From the human T2T-CHM13v2.0 reference genome, Homo sapiens: a DNA stretch of 64,000 bases. The position numbers and the translations under genes are program-made. Each line of letters starts with the position of its first letter. Positions within the stretch are counted from its first letter, which is position 1. This document shows positions 25,426 through 40,136 of the stretch, piece by piece. The notes under the pieces were generated by a model. That model saw only the letters and a program-made list of their open reading frames with translations. It was not told the DNA's origin and searched no databases. The stretch lies in NCBI RefSeq assembly GCF_009914755.1, contig NC_060939.1; one strand, written 5' to 3'.

Positions 25426-28400
25426 TAACTTATACAATTTTTCAAGAATACTGTTCACTCAACAGGTCCAACGAGAAATTCCACTTTGTTTTTCTTAAAG
25501 AATTAGTGCAGTTCTGTCCCCATTTTTTACTGCACAACTGATTTTGTGTCCGTTTTTGCCCTATTTTACTATGTTTGTTATTTGCTAATACCATGTTCAT
25601 CTTTATTTTATGAATTTCTGTTAATAATTAGCTCAAATGCTTAGTAGGAAGGGAGAATACTATACAAGCATAGGTGGCTTTTGCTTTGATTACCTAGAAA
25701 GCAACTCAGTATTAGATAATTTGATTAAATACTAGACTAACTCACAGACCTGATCCTTTTTGCTTCGGAAGTGCCAGTACATTCAGGATTGTCTCTGAGG
25801 TTAAGTGTGACCTGACAACACTTAATCCCCACTCTCCTCATGCTCCCACAAGGAGGAACTTGCAGTGGAAGCATCCTGGCCTCACTTCACACCCTCCACA
25901 CTGTCCGTGGGAAGCTAAGTTTGGGAGATGAAATGGCATGCTCAGCTCAGCCCCTGCCTCCTCAGGAGTCAGCACCCAGCTCCCACCTGACCCTGCTCCC
26001 CAAGGCTCCATGCTTCGCTCCTCCACCCTATTGGTTTTACATGGACAGGTCTCCACAGATGATGCCTGAGATTTTCCATCTCTGCCAGTGACTGGGTGAG
26101 TACGTTTATTTTAAAGGCATAGCATTGGAAGCCTGTCTGGCTGCCCACCCGGATCATGACAATCCTCTACATTTCATTAGCAATAAAGCGAACCTCCTTG
26201 ATCTCCATTTGTCAGAATCTATCTCTCTCTCAGTCGGTTCTGACCTGGGTGGGGAAGAGAAGAGTGCTAGTTATTTGTCCCGTAAAACCCCAGTAACTAG
26301 TGAGTACAATGCTGAATTTACTGAACCTTGTATTCAAAAATTCAAATAATACTGGTTACCATGAAGCTTAAAGCACAAACATTGATAATGTGTTTCACAT
26401 TGAAAATTTTTAATACAACTGATAGGCAAATCCTTATTTTTCAATACCACCATTTAAATTGGTCTTCAAGGTCACTGAGTTTGGTTTTAGTTTTGAAGCC
26501 TTATCTGACTCTGCCTTTTAGAAGCACAATTGAAATAGTTGGAACAGACCTCAGCACATCAAGGAAAAGACAACTACGTATCAGTAATACTTGCTATTGA
26601 AAGAGAAAACAATAAATGGCTTTTCTTATTTTCTTCCTGTCTGCTTCCAGAAATCTAATCCGAATCACACTCTTGTGTATCTATTTCCTGAGAAGGAGGT
26701 AGAACAGAAATGTAACAGCCAAACACGCAGCAACTCCTCATTAGTTATGTCTTCAAAGGGCTTTTTGTCAAGAAAACTGACACAGCATTCAGTTTTGATG
26801 CACACTTTTGTAGAAAGCACATAATGGACAATTTAGTATTTTAGAATAAAATTGATCAGCAAGCTATTTTAATAATTATAAATAATGAGGTTAGTAAAAC
26901 TCCAACTTCAGATATTCTAACATGCTCAAAGTAATAATGTAAGACCTATTCCTTAGAGCTTATTATGTAATAAACAGAAAGTAAAATATGGTTCACATAT
27001 TCACACCTAAGACACCTTAATCATAGTCACAGGGTTAATTGTTATAATTGCATATTAACATTATCTGGTATAATCAGAGCCATGTTCTATGTCTCCATAG
27101 CTTCTTTCCATTAAGTCACATTAAGTTCCAATTCATTCCATCTTGTCATGCTCTACCCAGTGACAGATATGCATCAGTGTGACTCATGTTCACATAAAAA
27201 TAAAGTCATATCTTAGCAAATTACTTTTCTAAACCCCCCTATATATGGACTCCATGGGAATGAGATCCCATACACAAGAAATGATTGCATCCAATTTTGT
27301 AAGTTTGATTTCAGAAGTCAGAGGAGATTCAGATACTTTCTAATAAAAACACTTTATCCAAAAAGAAGGACAATATACTTCAATTTCAGAGTAGAACAAA
27401 GTTTTCACAGTTCATTTATTAAATGAAGATCTTTGGTGTGAAGAAAGCAAACCACACCCATCTAACTGAATTGCATTTGTAAGTGAACTCTGCTGCTAAA
27501 TAAAAACATTACAGCTGGAAGTTCTACTCAGGAAGATGGCAGAATGGGTGTTGCTCAGCTCCCATACCCCCAACAAAAATCCAACCAACTATTTACAGAC
27601 AAGAATATCTTCATTAATACTCCTGAACTCCCTGAACGTGAAAAGCTGAGACACCCCCTTGGACCACATAACTGAAAAAAGCCTCATTCAAGGGGTAAGT
27701 GGAATAGAGGAATGGTTTCACTTTGACCACATCACCACTCCCCCAAACCCTGCCACACCTCAAGCCAGCACAGCACCACACACAGAAGATTCCCCTGGGC
27801 CCAGAGTTTCTACAGTGGGAAAAGAGAGAGGCAAACATTCAGCTTCCCCAACATTCTGGGACCCTGAGCAGGAAGCCCACTCATTATTATCTCCCGGGAA
27901 ACACTGGGAGTACAGGCAGGGCTAGACCACCTAGGATCAGCCAGAAACAAAGAACAAAAGTGAGACTCACAGAAACGAGCACATGGATCTTGCAGTGGCT
28001 CTGCATTCTAGCCAATGGAGGCACTCCACCAGAGAAACTGGCCAACAGCATTAGCACTGTCCTGCAGGAAGTATAGTCAACTGATCTGCCAGGCTTCATT
28101 CCCTAGCCAGCTTCCCCACCTAGCTCTGGTGCTCTCCTTAAGCCTTCCCCAGGCCAGGCAGCAAGGGCAGGTCAGTGATTACCTAAGGAGGGTAGCAACG
28201 GGCCCCACCCAACCCCAGCAGCCAACTAGCCTAACCCTACCAAGCCTTCATGTTCTGCTTAAGGCTTGCCAGGCTAGGAGGCAAGTGCAGGTCAATGAAT
28301 GAATATCTATGGACAAAAGTACCTGGCCCCACCCAACCCCAGCAGCTGCATGGTGACCCCACAAAGCCTCAGTGCTTTGCTTAAGGCTTCCCTGAGGGAA

Positions 28401-29206
28401 GCCTGCATCCATGTGTTTCTCTAGACGATAGCCTGGCCCATCCTGAATGGCTGAGCACAACAGCAGAAACCTCACCCAGTCGCTGAGCCCAGCACACAGA
28501 CCTGCCCAGCTACAGATTAAAAACAGCAGTACTTCCCAGCCAGGGAAAACAACATGCAACCCTGTGCAATCAGAGGCTATTACAGAGCCCAGCCAGTAGC
28601 TCCACCTTAACTGTGGAGTCCAGCTAGTGATCTGTCTCATCAGACCACAGAGCACAGCCAGAAGTTCCACTTGACCTCAAAGAACAGCCAGCAGGCTGGC
28701 CCAACAGCAACACCAACAGCAAGGTGTACCTGTCTGGGGTTGTTACCAGCTGGCCTATCCATAATCAAATGCTAAACTAACTAGTGAAGGTCTACCACTG
28801 TGAAAGAAAACCTTCAAGGCCAAAAGAGGTGGCCATTTCCTCAAATGTGTAGACAACAAGGTTTAGAAAGAATCAGGGAAATGTGACACAACAAAAAGAA
28901 ACTAATAAAGCCCCAATAATGGACCCTGAAAAAAATGTAGAGCTATGAAAAAAGAATGAAGAAAGCCTACATAAATCTATGGGACACCATCAAGAAAACT
29001 AACTTTCTTATAATAAAATTCTAAGAAAGATATGATAAAGAAAAAGGCCCAGAAAATATATTTAAGAAAATATGGCTGAAAGTTTCCAAAATTTGTGGAA
29101 ATATGACAACATCCAGGTATAGAAAGCTCAGAGATCTCCAATTAAATTCAAGCCAAAGATGAGTGCACCAAGACAAATCATAATCAAACTATTAAAAAAC
29201 AAAGAC

Positions 29207-29499
29207 GGTCAGGCGCAGTGGCTCATGCCTGTAATCCCAGCACTTTGGGAGGTCGAGGCGGGCAGATCACGATGTCAGCCTGGCCAATATGGTGAAACCC
29301 CATCTCTGCTAAAAATACAAAAATTTGCTGGGCATGGTGGTGCGTGCCTGCAGTCTCAGCTACTCAGGAGGCTGAGGCAGGAGAATCGCTTGAACCCAGG
29401 AGGCAGAGGCTGCAGTGAGCCAGGATCATGCCACTGCAGTCTAGTCTGGGTGACAGAGCAAGACTCTGCCTTAAAATAAAATTAAATTAAAATTAAAAT
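29207..29499 (+). mobile_element. AluS inserted in L1 ORF1 (small internal deletion)
   Basis: TSD AAAACAAAGAC at 29196-29206 and 29500-29510. Confidence 0.93.
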
Positions 29500-30115
29500 A
29501 AAACAAAGACAAAGAATCCTGAAAGCAGTAAGAGATCAGGAATGTATAATATTCAAGGGAGTCCCAAAACAGCAACCAGCAGATTTCTCAGCAGAATCCC
29601 TGCAAGCCATAAAAGGGTGGGATAATATAATCAAAGTGTAGAAGAAAAACAAAACTGGCAACCAAGAATACTTAACTCAGCAAAGCTATTCCTCAGAAAT
29701 AAGGGATAAATAAAAACTTTCCCAAACAAACAAAAACTAAGTAAGTTTATCACCACTAGGCCTGCCTAACAGGAAATGCTAAAGGGAGCTAAGCTGAAAT
29801 AAAAGGCTCCTAATTGATACATAAAACTTATAAAAGCAAAAAGCACTAAATGGTGTAAGTAAGACATAGTCATATTCAGAATAATACTGTAAGGATGATG
29901 TGTAAAGGAATTTTCTCTGTATTATGAGAGTTAAAAAACAAAACTATTAAAAACAAATGCAGCTATAATAAATTGTTAAAGGAATCCAAATTACAAAAAG
30001 ATGTAAAATTTACATCTAAATCATAAAAGTTGTCGGGGGGAGGGCGTTAAAGTATTGAGATTTTATATGTGATAAAAGTTATCAGCTTAAAATAGCCTGT
30101 TATAATAAGATATTT

Positions 30116-30258
30116 TGTTGTTGTTTTTTTTTATTTTTTAAGGAGATGGAGTCTTGCTATATTGCCCAGGCAGGGCTCAAACTCCTTGGCTGAAGTGATC
30201 TTCCCACTTCATCCTTCCAAGTAGATGGGACTACAGGTATGCACAACCATGCCCAGCC
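30116..30258 (-). mobile_element. FLAM/Alu monomer inserted in L1
   Basis: Single-arm Alu-like sequence gagatggagtcttgctatattgcccagg...ccatgcccagcc. Confidence 0.85.
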
Positions 30259-33231
30259 TGTACAAGATGTTTTATATAAACCTGATGGTAAACACAAATA
30301 AAAACCTGTAATAGTTGCACAAAATATAAAAGGAAAAGATTCAAAGCATACCATCACAGAAAATTATCAAACCACAAAGGAAAGTAGCAAGAGAGGAAGA
30401 AAGAAACAACAGCTCTACAAAACAACCAGAAGCAAATTACAAAATGGCAGTAGCATGTCCTTACCTATCAGCAATTACCTTGAATGTAAATGGATTAAAG
30501 TCGCTAGTCAAAACACATAGAGTGGCTGAATGGGTTGAAAAAATAGTAATAAAAGGCCAACTATATGCTACCTGTGAGAGACTCACTTTACTAGTAAGAA
30601 AATACATGGACAAAGTGAAGGGATGGAAAAGTTACTCCATGCAAATGAAAACCAAAAGAGAGCAGGGGTTAGCTATACTTATATCAGACAAAATAGACTT
30701 TAAGTCAAAAGCTACACAAAGAGACAAAGAAGGTCATTATATAATGATAAAGGGATCATTTCATTAAGAGGACATAATTGTAAACATATACACACCCAAC
30801 ACTGGAACACCTAAATACATAAAGCAATTATTACATGATCTGAGAGATAGACTGCAATAGTATAAGAGTAGGGGACCTCAATACCCCACTTTCAATGATG
30901 AAGAGATCATCTAGACAGAAAATCAATAAGAAAACATTGGACTTGAATTACACTTTAAATCAAATGGACCTCACATTCATATACAAAACATCACACCCTA
31001 CAGCAAGAAAATACACATTCTTCTCAAGCACACATGGGACATTCTCCAGGATAGGCCACAAAACAAGTCTTAATGAACTCAAGAGGATTTTAATCATATC
31101 AAGTATCTTTTCTGATCACAGTGGCATGAAACTAGAAATCTATAACAAGAAATCTTGGTGAATTCACAAATATGTGGAAATTAAACAACATGCTCCTAAA
31201 CAAACAATAGGTCAGAGGGGGGAAAAAAGGAAATCAAACTATATTTTGAGACAAACAAAAATGGAAACACAACATATCAAAACTAATGGGATGCTGACAA
31301 AAGCAGTTCTAAGTGGGAAATATAAAACAATAAATGCTTATTATCAAAGAAAAAATCTCAAATAAACAATCTAATGTTAAACCTCAAAAAACTAGAAAAA
31401 GAACCAACTAAGTCCAAAGTTAGCAGAAGAAAGAAAATAACAAATATTAGAGCCAAAATAAACAAAATGGAGACTAGCAACAATAGAAAAAATCAACAAA
31501 ACTAAGAATTGGCTTTTTGAAAAGATAAACAAAATTGACAAACCCTTAGCTAGACTAACTAGGAAAAGAAAGAAAGAAAACTCAAATAAATCAAATCCTC
31601 TGAACTCATCACACCATCATGTAATGGGAAGATAATGATTATGACCATATTTTTGTCTCATGATAGTTTTAGCTTATACAAAAAGTCTTAATATAAACGA
31701 CCAAAAATAAAGAAATGCTTAAATTATGATACATCATAAGATACATTGCAGCCATCATAATGAATGATTTAGAAGAATATTTAATAACACAGAATGCTCA
31801 AAATATAAAAGAAAAAAATATCAGAATATATTATAAGAAGAATATGAAGACAATTTAAAATACACAACTAGAAAAAAGATGAATGTTAATATTAACAATG
31901 AATAGGTCTGGACAATGATTTTATCTTCTACACTTTTCTGTATGTTTCAAATAGCCTTCAACAAATTTACATTTGTTGTGCGATTAGAAAGCAATAACAA
32001 ATACTTTTTAAAGTCTTTAAGCTCAAAACTTCTGCTTATTTAAAACAAAACGAAAATGAAATGAAAGAGGAGACATTACAACTGATACCAAAGAAATACA
32101 AAGGGTAATTATGTAAAATTATATGCCAACATATAATAACCTAGATATTTTATTGGATAACCTAGATGTGAACAGATTCCTGGACACATACATCCTGCCA
32201 AGGCTGAATCATAAAGAAACAAAAATCTGAACAGACCACTAATGAGCAAGGAGGTTGACTCAGTAATAAAAAGCCTCCTATCAAAAAAAGGCCCAGGGCC
32301 AGATGGCTTTACTACTGAATTCTACCAAACATTTAAAGAAGAACTAATACCAGTGCTTCTCAAACTCTTCCAAAAAACTGAAGTGGAAGAAAGCCTTCTG
32401 AACTCATTTTACAAGACCAGCATTACCCAGATACCAAAGCCAGAGAAGAATACCACAAGAAAAAAAAATTGCAGGCCAATATCCCTGATAAACACAGATG
32501 TGAAAATCCTCAACAAAGTACTAGCAAACCGAATTCAAAAGCAATTAAAAGAATCATTCACATGATCAAATGGGCTTTATCCCTGGTATGCAAGGATGGT
32601 TCAGCATATGCAAATTAATAAGTGGGATATACCACATTAATAAAATGAAGGATAAAAACCATATGATAATCTCAATAGATGAAGAAAAAGCATTTGACAA
32701 AATTCAACACCATTTCATGATAAAAATTCTCAACAGATTAGGTATAGAGGTAAAGTACATAATAAAGGCCATATAAGATAAATCTGTAACTAACATCATA
32801 CTCAACGGTGAAAAGTAGAAAGCTTTTCCACAAGGATGCCCACTCTCACCACTTTTTTTCAACATAGTACTTAATGTCCTGGCCAGAGTTACGCAAGAAA
32901 AACAAATAAAAGGCATCCTAATAGGAAATGAAGAAATGAAACTATCTCTCTTTGCTGATGACATGATCTTGTATATAGAAAATGCTAAAGACTCCACCAA
33001 AAAACTGTCAGAAGTGACAAAAAAAAATCAGTAAAGTTACAGGATATAAAATCAACATACAAAAATCAGGAGCATTTCTATACATTAAGAACAAACTATC
33101 TAAATAGGAAATTAAGAAAACAATCCCATTAACAATTGTCTCTAATAAAAAAAATTAACCAAGGAGGTGAAAGAACTATATATTGACAACTATAGAACAC
33201 TGATGAAAGAAAGTGAAGAAAAAGCAAATCA

Positions 33232-33508
<277 letters not shown>

Positions 33509-34413
33509 TTAAAATGTTCACACTATCCAAAGTCATCTATAGATTTAATGCAATTCCTATCAAAAATCCAATGTCATTTTCACAGAAATATAAAAGAAAC
33601 AATCCTTAAATCTGTATGGAACCACAATAGACCCTGAATAGCCAAAGAAATCTTGACCAAAAAAGAAGCTGGAGGTATCACACTCCTTGATTTCAAAGTA
33701 TAACACAATTATAATTGCAACAACATGCTACTGGCATAAAAACAGATAAGTCAATCAACAGAACAGGACAGAAAGCCCAGTAATAAACTCATGCATTTAT
33801 GGTCAATTGATTTTTGACAAAGATGTCAAGAATGCACAATGGGGAATGGTGTTGGGAAAACTGAATATCCATATGCAGAATAATAAAATTTGATCCTTAT
33901 CTCACTCCATGTATAAAAATCAACTCAAAATGGATTAAAGACACAAATATAAGACCCAAAACTGTAAAACTACTAGAATAAAACAGGGGAAATGCTCCAT
34001 GACATTGGTCTGAGCAGTGACTTTTTTTTAATACGACCTTGAAGGCACAGGCAAAAATAGACAAATGTGATTATATCAAACCAAAAAGTGTCTGCACAGC
34101 AAAGAAAACAATGAACAAAGTAAAGAGACAATCTGTGAAGTAGGAGAAAATATTTTCAAACTACACATCTGATAAGGGGTTAATATCCAAAATATATAAG
34201 GAACTCAAACAACTCAATAGCAAAAAAAAAAAAAAAAATTAAAAAATAGGCAAAAGACCTGAACAGACATTTCCCAAAAGAAGACATAAAAATGGCCAAC
34301 AGGTTCATGAAAAAATACTTAGCATCATTAATCATTAAGAAAATGTAAATTAAAATCAAAACGAGATGCTACATCACACCTGTTATAACAACTATTATCA
34401 AAAGATGAAAGAG

Positions 34414-34551
34414 ACTGGGTGTGGTGGCTCACGCCTGTAATCCCAGTACTTTGGGAGGCCGAGGTGGGCAGATCAAGAGGTGAGATCAAGACCATCCTGG
34501 CTAACACAGTGAAACTCCATCTCTACTAAAAATACAAAAAAAAAAAAAAAA
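34414..34551 (+). mobile_element. Alu left arm only (AluY/Sc-like)
   Basis: gtggtggctcacgcctgtaatccc...atcctggctaacacagtgaaac...ctactaaaaatacaAn. Confidence 0.9.
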
Positions 34552-35079
34552 GTCAAACTCATGGAAGTGGAGAGTAGAATGGCAGTTACCAGTGGCTGGG
34601 GGATGAAGAGGGGGAAAAAGGGAATGGAGAGTTGTTGGCTAAAGGGTACCAGTTTTCACTTAGGAAGAATAAATTTTGAGATGAATTGCACAGCAGGGTA
34701 ACTACAGTCATTAATCACATATTGTATGTTTCAAAATAACTAAGAGTAAATTTCAAGTGTCTTACCACAAAAAAATGGTAAGTGAGGTGATAGATAATGT
34801 AAATTAGCTTAATTTACTCATCTCACATTGTATACATACATCAAATCATCATACTTTACCCCACAAATGTATATAATTATGCCAATCTAAAAAATATTAA
34901 TTTAAAAATTACAGCTTGCGAAATTTCATGTAAGAAACAAAAAATCCAAATATTTATATAGAATGTGTGACTTACATAATTCTTAAGCAACATTACCTAC
35001 TTTCATTGGTAATGTAAAGAATAAATGTGAACCATATTTTCAGTGTTTTATTCTAAAACTGGTTATACATTTAAATTCT

Positions 35080-35950
35080 TTTATTTATTAAACAGGCACT
35101 TGGCTTAAGGCAGCACTTTAGACACCATGGAAAATGTAACAATGAATTGCAAGATAGAGTCTCTGTTTTTAAAAATGTTATGCAGTTTTAAGGAAGAGAA
35201 GGTGAGTGTGTATGTGATCCTATAGGAAACCAAAGTGCTTGGACATTCACAGAAGACAGAAAACTTAACAGAGGGGACCAGGGAAGGCTACAATCAGAGA
35301 GGATAAGGTTGGAATTCAAATACCATTGAAGGGGTACCTGAACATTTCTGGGAAGAAGAGGGCCTGAACAACAGCAGAAGCTAGGAAATCACCGAAATCA
35401 TTAGACCAGATTAGCTACACACTGAATAACATTTAGGTGACTACTTAGAGATTGATTAGGAAAAGAACTTCAGGTCAGATCATGGAGACACTGAACAAGT
35501 TAAGGAATTCTGATTTTGATCAACAGGCATTGGAGAGCCATAGAAGGAAGTGTGGTTATCAAAGCTGTGCTTTAAGGAAATTCGTTTAGTGGTTGTCAAC
35601 AATGGTAGGAAGAGAAGAGAGACTTGAGGCAGGGAGGTCTGGGAGAAGGGTTATGGCATTGGTCCAGTTGAAGTTGTAGGAAGAGAAAGGAAGGGATGGG
35701 CATGAGAGACACCGCAGGAATAGAACAAACAACACCTGAACACTGGAAGTGGGAAGCAAGAAAGAGAAGTAATTCAGTGATGACTCAGATTTTGCTCCTG
35801 GGTGACTAAGGAAATGGAAGTCAAAACCGAAATCTGACTCAGTTCAGAGTTAATGGATTATAGATTTAATAAGGAATAGATTAATAGATAGAAATGTAAT
35901 AGCCAATATATTTTAGAGTAATCTACAATAGAGGTAAAAATTGAATCTAT
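35080..35950 (-). mobile_element. L2 remnant
   Basis: Purine-rich text typical of antisense L2 (aggcattggagagccatagaagg, gatgactcagattttg..ctgggtgact); highly diverged. Confidence 0.5.
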
Positions 35951-36502
35951 TTAAATAGATTCACCAATTGTTACACAGATTTCTAACATAAATAATTGAA
36001 TATTTGTTTGTGTCGAAAACTAGTTATTGTTGTATCCTGTACCATGACCATTGCAAGATGAAACACTAGATCGTGACGAAACACCTGAGAACATAGGAGT
36101 GGCTCAGGAGAGGAGGTTTGCATACAGAAACTAATATAACCACAATGAGTTACAAGTTTTACATTTTAAATTCATTCCTTAGAACAAATTTTCATCACTA
36201 AAGTTTGAAAATACTAAAGTTTGAAGTTGAAATACTAAGCAAATCTATTCAAAGTATTTCTCTCCATTCAAACTAATTTCTCTTTTCCTGTGAAACCAAC
36301 ATTATTTTCTGGATGACACAATTAATTACCATCAAGAATAACGTATTTCATAGAGTACTAACCTCAACTTTGATTTCATAAGAGCATTGGGAAATAGGTT
36401 TTATGTTTGCATACTCTTATTGACGCTACCTGTGACTTACAAACATACCTTCTTACCCGACTCTAATTTAAACCATAATACCTTTATATTGAGGTGCTTT
36501 TA

Positions 36503-37072
<570 letters not shown>

Positions 37073-38226
37073 TTACATAGTCAGTTGACTGAGTAAACAC
37101 ATTTATTTTTGGTAGGCATCCAGTAATACAAATATAAATGCAAGTAACCCCTTACACAACACATAAAAATAGAAAAATAATTCATTGTAAAGTATCCAAA
37201 ACTGTAGGGGAAATGTCATAATCCTGGCAAAATCTTTGGTTGGTGTTTCTCTGACCCCACCCATCCCTCAGCATGAATCCCACCACCATCCAATTCCTTA
37301 CTGGGAAAAAAATTGGCATACAAGGCAGACTACCCCTACCTCTGGGGATTCAGCACTCCCATGTCTGTCCACAACTATCAGTGGACAATACTGCTGAAGA
37401 CAGAAAAGGAAGGGTGAAGGGTGGTGCATCCTGCAATGTGTCGTTGCTGCAAAGCTACAGGTCTAGGCAGAGGCCAGGGGCATTCCAGAGGCGGTGTATT
37501 TGGGGAGAATGATTTGATCATGCATACTTAATCTCTGCTTGTAAAGGTTACCAGGGCTAAGTGTTTCAACCAAGACCTTAAATATTTAAAAACATTTTTT
37601 TTCTTTCAGCAATATTCTCAGGAAATAAATTTTTAAAAATCAAATGAAAGTAGAGAGCCATGTCCCACAAGACTTCAGCTGAATACCATAACATTTGAGT
37701 TGCAACAATCTCAAAAAGGAATGAGATTAAAATATAGTGAAACACACTGAAAAAAAAATGTCTACTTCCCCAAAAAATCAGTGTCTTCCATGGTTTACAT
37801 GTGGATTATCTAGGAAAAGACTAATCCTCCTTTACAGGGGGATGAATTATCTGAGAACAAGAAGTCCCCATAAGAAAACTTAATCATGAATTTCAATGAC
37901 TTTAATTTCTACTTCAGCAAAGTAAAATAATGTTATTGGCCTACTCTGAAGGTACATAGTAAAAAATAACTAAATATTCTGCATATGTAAAGTACTGAAA
38001 TAAAAAGCTATTACTGATACTAGTATAGTTAATTCTCCACTATTAGGTAAAGCTTCTAATGCAACTAATAAATACTAATATGTAAAACAATTTTGTGCCA
38101 TGTTTAAAAAATATTGTTTAAAATTATGTTTAACTTACCTATATTAAAACTAGTTTTTACAGTGGCAAGTGTCACTATGAGTATGAGGATAATAAGAAAT
38201 TGTCTGGAAATATATTCTTAGTAATT

Positions 38227-38356
38227 ATTTGGAATTCAAAATTCAGGTGACTGACCCTAAGGTTAATATACATGTCAAGAAATAGGATTTGAGATTTGGA
38301 ATTCAAAATTCAGGTGACTGACCCTAAGGTTAATATATATGGCAAGAAATAGGATT
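38227..38356 (+). repeat. 63-bp direct tandem duplication (period 67)
   Basis: 38227-38289 and 38294-38356, 2 mismatches. Confidence 0.95.
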
Positions 38357-39392
38357 AGAATTATGTATTAGCAAATTCTACTTTTAGTCACTAGGCATTT
38401 CAGGAATCCAGATATAGTATTTTATCCATCTGTATCCAGAATCAGGAGCATTATCTCCACCCTACTATGGAAACCTAGTCAAGTAGAAAATGAAGGAAGT
38501 CCTTCTATGACATTAGATACCTAAAACACACTTTCAAACTTTGCTTATGTAAAATTACATATAATGTGTAGACAATTCCCTACGATTTAGAAAGAGCCCG
38601 CTGAGTGTCATCCTTACCAAACATCCTCATCAAAGCCTTATTATGATGAAATTTTTAGACACTAGAAAAAAAATCAGTCCATATTAGAGCAGGAGGAGGT
38701 CTCTAGGGAAAAAAGGGTAGGAGGGAGGATTGGTAGATTATCCAATATGCTTGACCATTTCCAAAAGTAATATTGATATGATAGATGTTTGGCAGTTCTG
38801 ATGATGTATTTGGCTAAATACACAGAAAATGAAGCAGAAGGAAAATCAAAGCAATTATGAACTCTGGGGAAAACAAAAAGTTTTACAAAAAAAAGGAAAA
38901 GCAGTGACATATACACAGAAAATTAGGCAAAAGAAACTAAGATAATTATGAAGTCTAGGACAAACAAAAAGTTACATGAGAAAGGATGCCATAGGCTAAT
39001 AATTGCTTCTGCTGTGAATAATATTTACACAGTCAATGATAATATAAATACTGATGACTAAGGTAAGCAAAAATTGTGACTTAACTATTTTGGGGAAATG
39101 TGACGAGAAACAAGGGGTGTTTGCACTTTATTAGTTAAATTATTGCCTACCATTACAGCAACCCAATATATAATGTCTAAAACTAATCAATTAAGAAAGT
39201 AAGTTATTAATAAATAATATAGAGGTAAAATTAGGAAAAACACAAAAGATTTAAAAGCAGTTAACTGGAGAAAATATCAAGGGGTAGGGAAGGCTGAGGC
39301 AAGGGGCTGCCATTTTTATTTAAAACATTTTAACACAATTTTTTCTTTATTACTATAACAAAAGTTAAAATTAAATATAAAAATAAAAGTAA

Positions 39393-39748
<356 letters not shown>

Positions 39749-39793
39749 TAAAATATTTAAATGAAATTCCCAGGTGATTGTATGTTTGGACAT

Positions 39794-40136
39794 CAGAAGC
39801 TGACCCATGTTTCACAGAGCCAAAAATTTATATAATCTTGAAGCAAGAGAAGGGCATTTCTTAAAAAAAAAAAAAAAAAATACAAAATTACAAATTCAAA
39901 ATTAGGTACAAAAGCGAGTTTCTTTTATTTTAGAATGTGAAAAAGATCACAACAAATTACTGGGGTCTTGGGGAGGGTTGAGTCCATTTCTTACAGTATC
40001 TCTTTAGGTCATTGACCAGACGTGCTTACAGAAATGTTTGCTGATTGCAACCTGGCTTCCTCTTCCCACCCCAAAGCTCCTATAAGTGAGAGGCCCTGAG
40101 CTGAATCTTCACTGGCTTCATGGTAAATTGCTTCTG
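39794..40136. mobile_element. MER53/MamRep38-like DNA element
   Basis: aatacaaaattacaaattcaaaattaggtaca ... gtgagaggccctgag..cttcactggcttcatggtaaat. Confidence 0.55.
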
